This document shows positions 55,149 through 57,512 of a stretch of 57,512 bases of DNA, piece by piece. Both the position numbers and the translations under genes were made by a program. Source of the stretch: Acidimicrobiia bacterium (GTDB lineage: Bacteria; Actinomycetota; Acidimicrobiia; IMCC26256; JACDBD01); assembly GCA_035637335.1 (NCBI GenBank), contig DASPXI010000065.1:1-57512 (forward strand), read 5' to 3'. Within the stretch, counting starts at the first letter, position 1, and every line of letters starts with the position of its first letter. The notes beneath the pieces were generated by a model. That model worked only from the letters and a program-made list of their open reading frames with translations. It was not told where the DNA came from and made no database searches.

Positions 55149-56692
55149 TTACGGACGCCAGGAGCCTCTGGGAGCTGATCGGGCGACGGGTCAGCGAGAC
55201 GCCGGATGCCATGCTGGGCATCGACGAGGACGGGCGAACGTTGACGTACGCCGAGTACCGCGATGCTGCCGAGCGCGCCGCCGCCGGCCTGGCCGAGCTG
55301 GGTATCGGAGAAGGCACGCCGGTGTCGTGGGCGCTCCCGACATGGTTGGAGTCGCTCGTCCTCGTGGGCGCGCTCTCTCGGCTCGGCGCGGTCCAGAACC
55401 CGATCCTGCCGATCTATCGCCACCGCGAGGTCGGCTTCGTGACCAAGCAGACGGGAGCGAAGCTACTGATCGTCCCGTCGACCTGGAAGGGGTTCGACTA
55501 CGAGGGCATGGCGCGGGAGATCGCCGCTGCACAGCCAGGGCTCGACGTCCTGATCGTCGATCGCAAGTTGCCCGACGGTGATCCGGCGTCGCTGCTGCCA
55601 CCGGCGGCGCCACCGTCGTCCCCGCAAGAAGCACCGGTGCGGTGGGCCTTCTACACCTCGGGCACCACCGCCGATCCGAAGGGCGCCCAGCACACGGACC
55701 GCACGATCATGGCGTCGGCGTACGGCATGACGAAGGCGCTCGCGCTCGAACGGGACGACGTCAGCGCGCTCGTCTTTCCGTTCACGCACATCGGCGGCAT
55801 TGGCTGGCTCTTCAGCTCGATGATGGTCGGGTTCAAGACCATCGTCATCGAGGCGTTCGATCCCGCGACGACGATCCCGGTGCTGCAGCGCGAGGGCGTC
55901 ACGCTGGCCGGCGCGGGCACGCCGTTCCACATGGCGTACCTGGCGGCGCAACGACAGAACCCGGGGGAGAAGCTGTTCCCGAACGCGCGCGCGTTCCCGG
56001 GCGGCGGCGCGGCCAAGCCCGTGCAGCTGCACTACGACGTGAAGAAGGAGCTCGGCGGCGTCGGTGTCGTCTCGGGCTACGGGCTCACAGAGTGCCCGAT
56101 CCTCGCCATGTCGACGGTCGACGATCCCGACGTGAAGCTGGCCGAGACCGAAGGCCGAACCACGCCCGGGGTCGAGGTCAAGGTCGTGAAGCTCGACGGC
56201 GCGGTCGCGCAGCCGGGCGGAGAAGGCGAGATCCGCGTCAAGGGGCCGATGCTGTTCCGGGGATACATCGACTCGTCGCTCGACGCCGAGGCGCTCGACG
56301 AAGACGGCTGGTTCCGCACCGGCGACCTCGGGTTCCAGGACGTAGACGGCTACATCGCCATCACCGGCAGGCTCAAGGACGTGATCATCCGCAAGGGCGA
56401 GACGATCAGCGCCAAGGAGGTCGAGGACCTGCTCTTCACGCACCCGGGGATCGGCGACGTCGCGGTGATCGGGCTGCCCGACGACGCGTCGGGGGAGCGG
56501 GCGTGCGCGATCGTCGTGCCCGCCGACAAGGAGGCGCCGCCGAACCTCGAGGACGTCTTCGACTTCTGCACCCAGGCCGGGCTCATGACCCAGAAGATCC
56601 CCGAGCAGCTCGAGATCGTCGACGTCCTGCCGCGCAACGCAACCGGCAAGGTCCTCAAGCACGAGCTGCGCAAGCAGTACGCGGCGACCTAG
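55145..56692 (+). CDS. AMP-binding acyl-CoA ligase (cyclohexanecarboxylate-CoA ligase-like)
   Basis: YTSGTTADPKG, SGYGLTE, RTGDLG, KDVIIRKGE and TGKVLK. Confidence 0.94.
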   Translation: MITDARSLWELIGRRVSETPDAMLGIDEDGRTLTYAEYRDAAERAAAGLAELGIGEGTPVSWALPTWLESLVLVGALSRLGAVQNPILPIYRHREVGFVTKQTGAKLLIVPSTWKGFDYEGMAREIAAAQPGLDVLIVDRKLPDGDPASLLPPAAPPSSPQEAPVRWAFYTSGTTADPKGAQHTDRTIMASAYGMTKALALERDDVSALVFPFTHIGGIGWLFSSMMVGFKTIVIEAFDPATTIPVLQREGVTLAGAGTPFHMAYLAAQRQNPGEKLFPNARAFPGGGAAKPVQLHYDVKKELGGVGVVSGYGLTECPILAMSTVDDPDVKLAETEGRTTPGVEVKVVKLDGAVAQPGGEGEIRVKGPMLFRGYIDSSLDAEALDEDGWFRTGDLGFQDVDGYIAITGRLKDVIIRKGETISAKEVEDLLFTHPGIGDVAVIGLPDDASGERACAIVVPADKEAPPNLEDVFDFCTQAGLMTQKIPEQLEIVDVLPRNATGKVLKHELRKQYAAT

Positions 56693-56694
56693 CG

Positions 56695-56741
56695 GTTTGG
56701 CGCCGCCTACATACCTCATGCGTATGTAAACGGCGCCAAAG
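56695..56741. repeat. 47-nt REP-like stem-loop (copy C)
   Basis: TTTGGCGCCG-CC-TACATAC-(7 nt)-GTATGTA-AA-CGGCGCCAAA; same span as copies A and B, with a compensatory T-A to C-G change in the stem. Confidence 0.75.
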
Positions 56742-56750
56742 GAGGGAAAC

Positions 56751-57512
56751 ATGCCCCTGCCCGACGAGCTGAAGCAGCTGGCGAAGCGGGTCTCGAATTG
56801 GGGCCGGTGGGGCGCCGCCGATCAGCGCGGCACGCTGAACTTCATCACCCCGGAGGCGGTGCAGCGGGGTGCAGCCGCGGTGCGGCGCGGGGCCACGTTC
56901 CCGCTGTCGATCCCGTACGACGAGGACGGCCCGCAGACGGGAGCGATCCCGGGCCGGATCAACCCGAAGCGCACGATGATCATGGCCAACGCCGCGTTCA
57001 CGGGTGACCCGAGCGACTTCACGACCAGCGACGACCTCGTCGAGATGGGCGTGCAAGCCGCGACGCACTGGGACGCCCTCGCGCATGTCGGCTACGAGGG
57101 CGTGCTCTACAACAACACGTCCGACTCGGCCGTCACGCAGGAAGGTGGCGCGGCGAAGCTCGGGATCGAGCGTTACGGGCCGATCGTCACCCGCGGCATT
57201 CTCCTCGACATCGCCCGCCTGATCGGCGTCGACGTGTTCGAGGACAACTACGCCATCAGCGGTGACGACCTGGCCGCCGCGGAACGGCAGGCGGGCGTCA
57301 CGGTCGAGTCGGGGGACGCGCTGCTCGTGCGCACCGGGCAGATGGAATGGCTGCGCCGCGGCGACAAGCAACGGTTCAACGACCCGAGCCCGGGGCTCGG
57401 CGTCGGCGCGATCGAGTACCTGCACGACAAGGAGGTGGCGGCCGTCGCCACCGACACCCTCGTCTTCGAGGTGTGGCCGTGCGAGGACCCGGCCGTCATG
57501 CTCCCCGTACAC
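56751..57512 (+). CDS. Cyclase family protein (kynurenine formamidase-like metal hydrolase), 3' end truncated
   Basis: Absent from the ORF track. GGAGG Shine-Dalgarno, ATG 56751: MPLPDELKQLAKRVSNWGRWGAADQRGTLN...QAATHWDALAH...GDALLVRTG. Confidence 0.9.
   Translation, partial: MPLPDELKQLAKRVSNWGRWGAADQRGTLNFITPEAVQRGAAAVRRGATFPLSIPYDEDGPQTGAIPGRINPKRTMIMANAAFTGDPSDFTTSDDLVEMGVQAATHWDALAHVGYEGVLYNNTSDSAVTQEGGAAKLGIERYGPIVTRGILLDIARLIGVDVFEDNYAISGDDLAAAERQAGVTVESGDALLVRTGQMEWLRRGDKQRFNDPSPGLGVGAIEYLHDKEVAAVATDTLVFEVWPCEDPAVMLPVH

Noticed and set aside
197..57512. Numerous long overlapping or antisense ORFs in the track (e.g. 10734-12284, 13569-15155, 18807-20780, 21095-22696, 33901-35292)
   Set aside because: Arg/Ala/Pro-rich shadow frames of real genes, expected at this GC content; no family motifs.

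Overview
This is a high-GC, gene-dense chromosomal window from an Actinomycetota bacterium, probably Acidimicrobiia (an inference from gene content and style). It holds about 57 CDS, mostly a lipid/steroid/aromatic-type catabolic repertoire: 4 acyl-CoA ligases, 4 LLM/F420 oxidoreductases, 3 SDRs, 2 amidohydrolases, thiolase, enoyl-CoA hydratase, thioesterases, aldehyde dehydrogenase, amidase, haloalkane dehalogenase and a cyclase-family protein. It also carries two fused HAAT(Liv)-type ABC systems, Ku plus a LigD polymerase domain, dodecin and several envelope proteins. No rRNA, tRNA, CRISPR array, transposase or phage gene was recognised. The main signals the ORF track misses are: (1) a ~500-555 nt non-coding segment (53660-54220) that folds on the + strand into a long nested rod with G-U-consistent pairing and a terminator-like hairpin, a candidate large structured ncRNA; (2) a peroxiredoxin-like gene with an in-frame UGA in a U-x-x-C motif followed by a SECIS-like hairpin, a probable selenoprotein; (3) an MFS transporter fused to both ABC ATPase domains; (4) a recurrent CTGAC-N5-GTCAG operator at four promoters plus a KstR-type box; (5) a family of dispersed 47-nt stem-loop repeats; (6) one frameshifted gene. 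All family assignments come from motif recognition by eye, not database searches.
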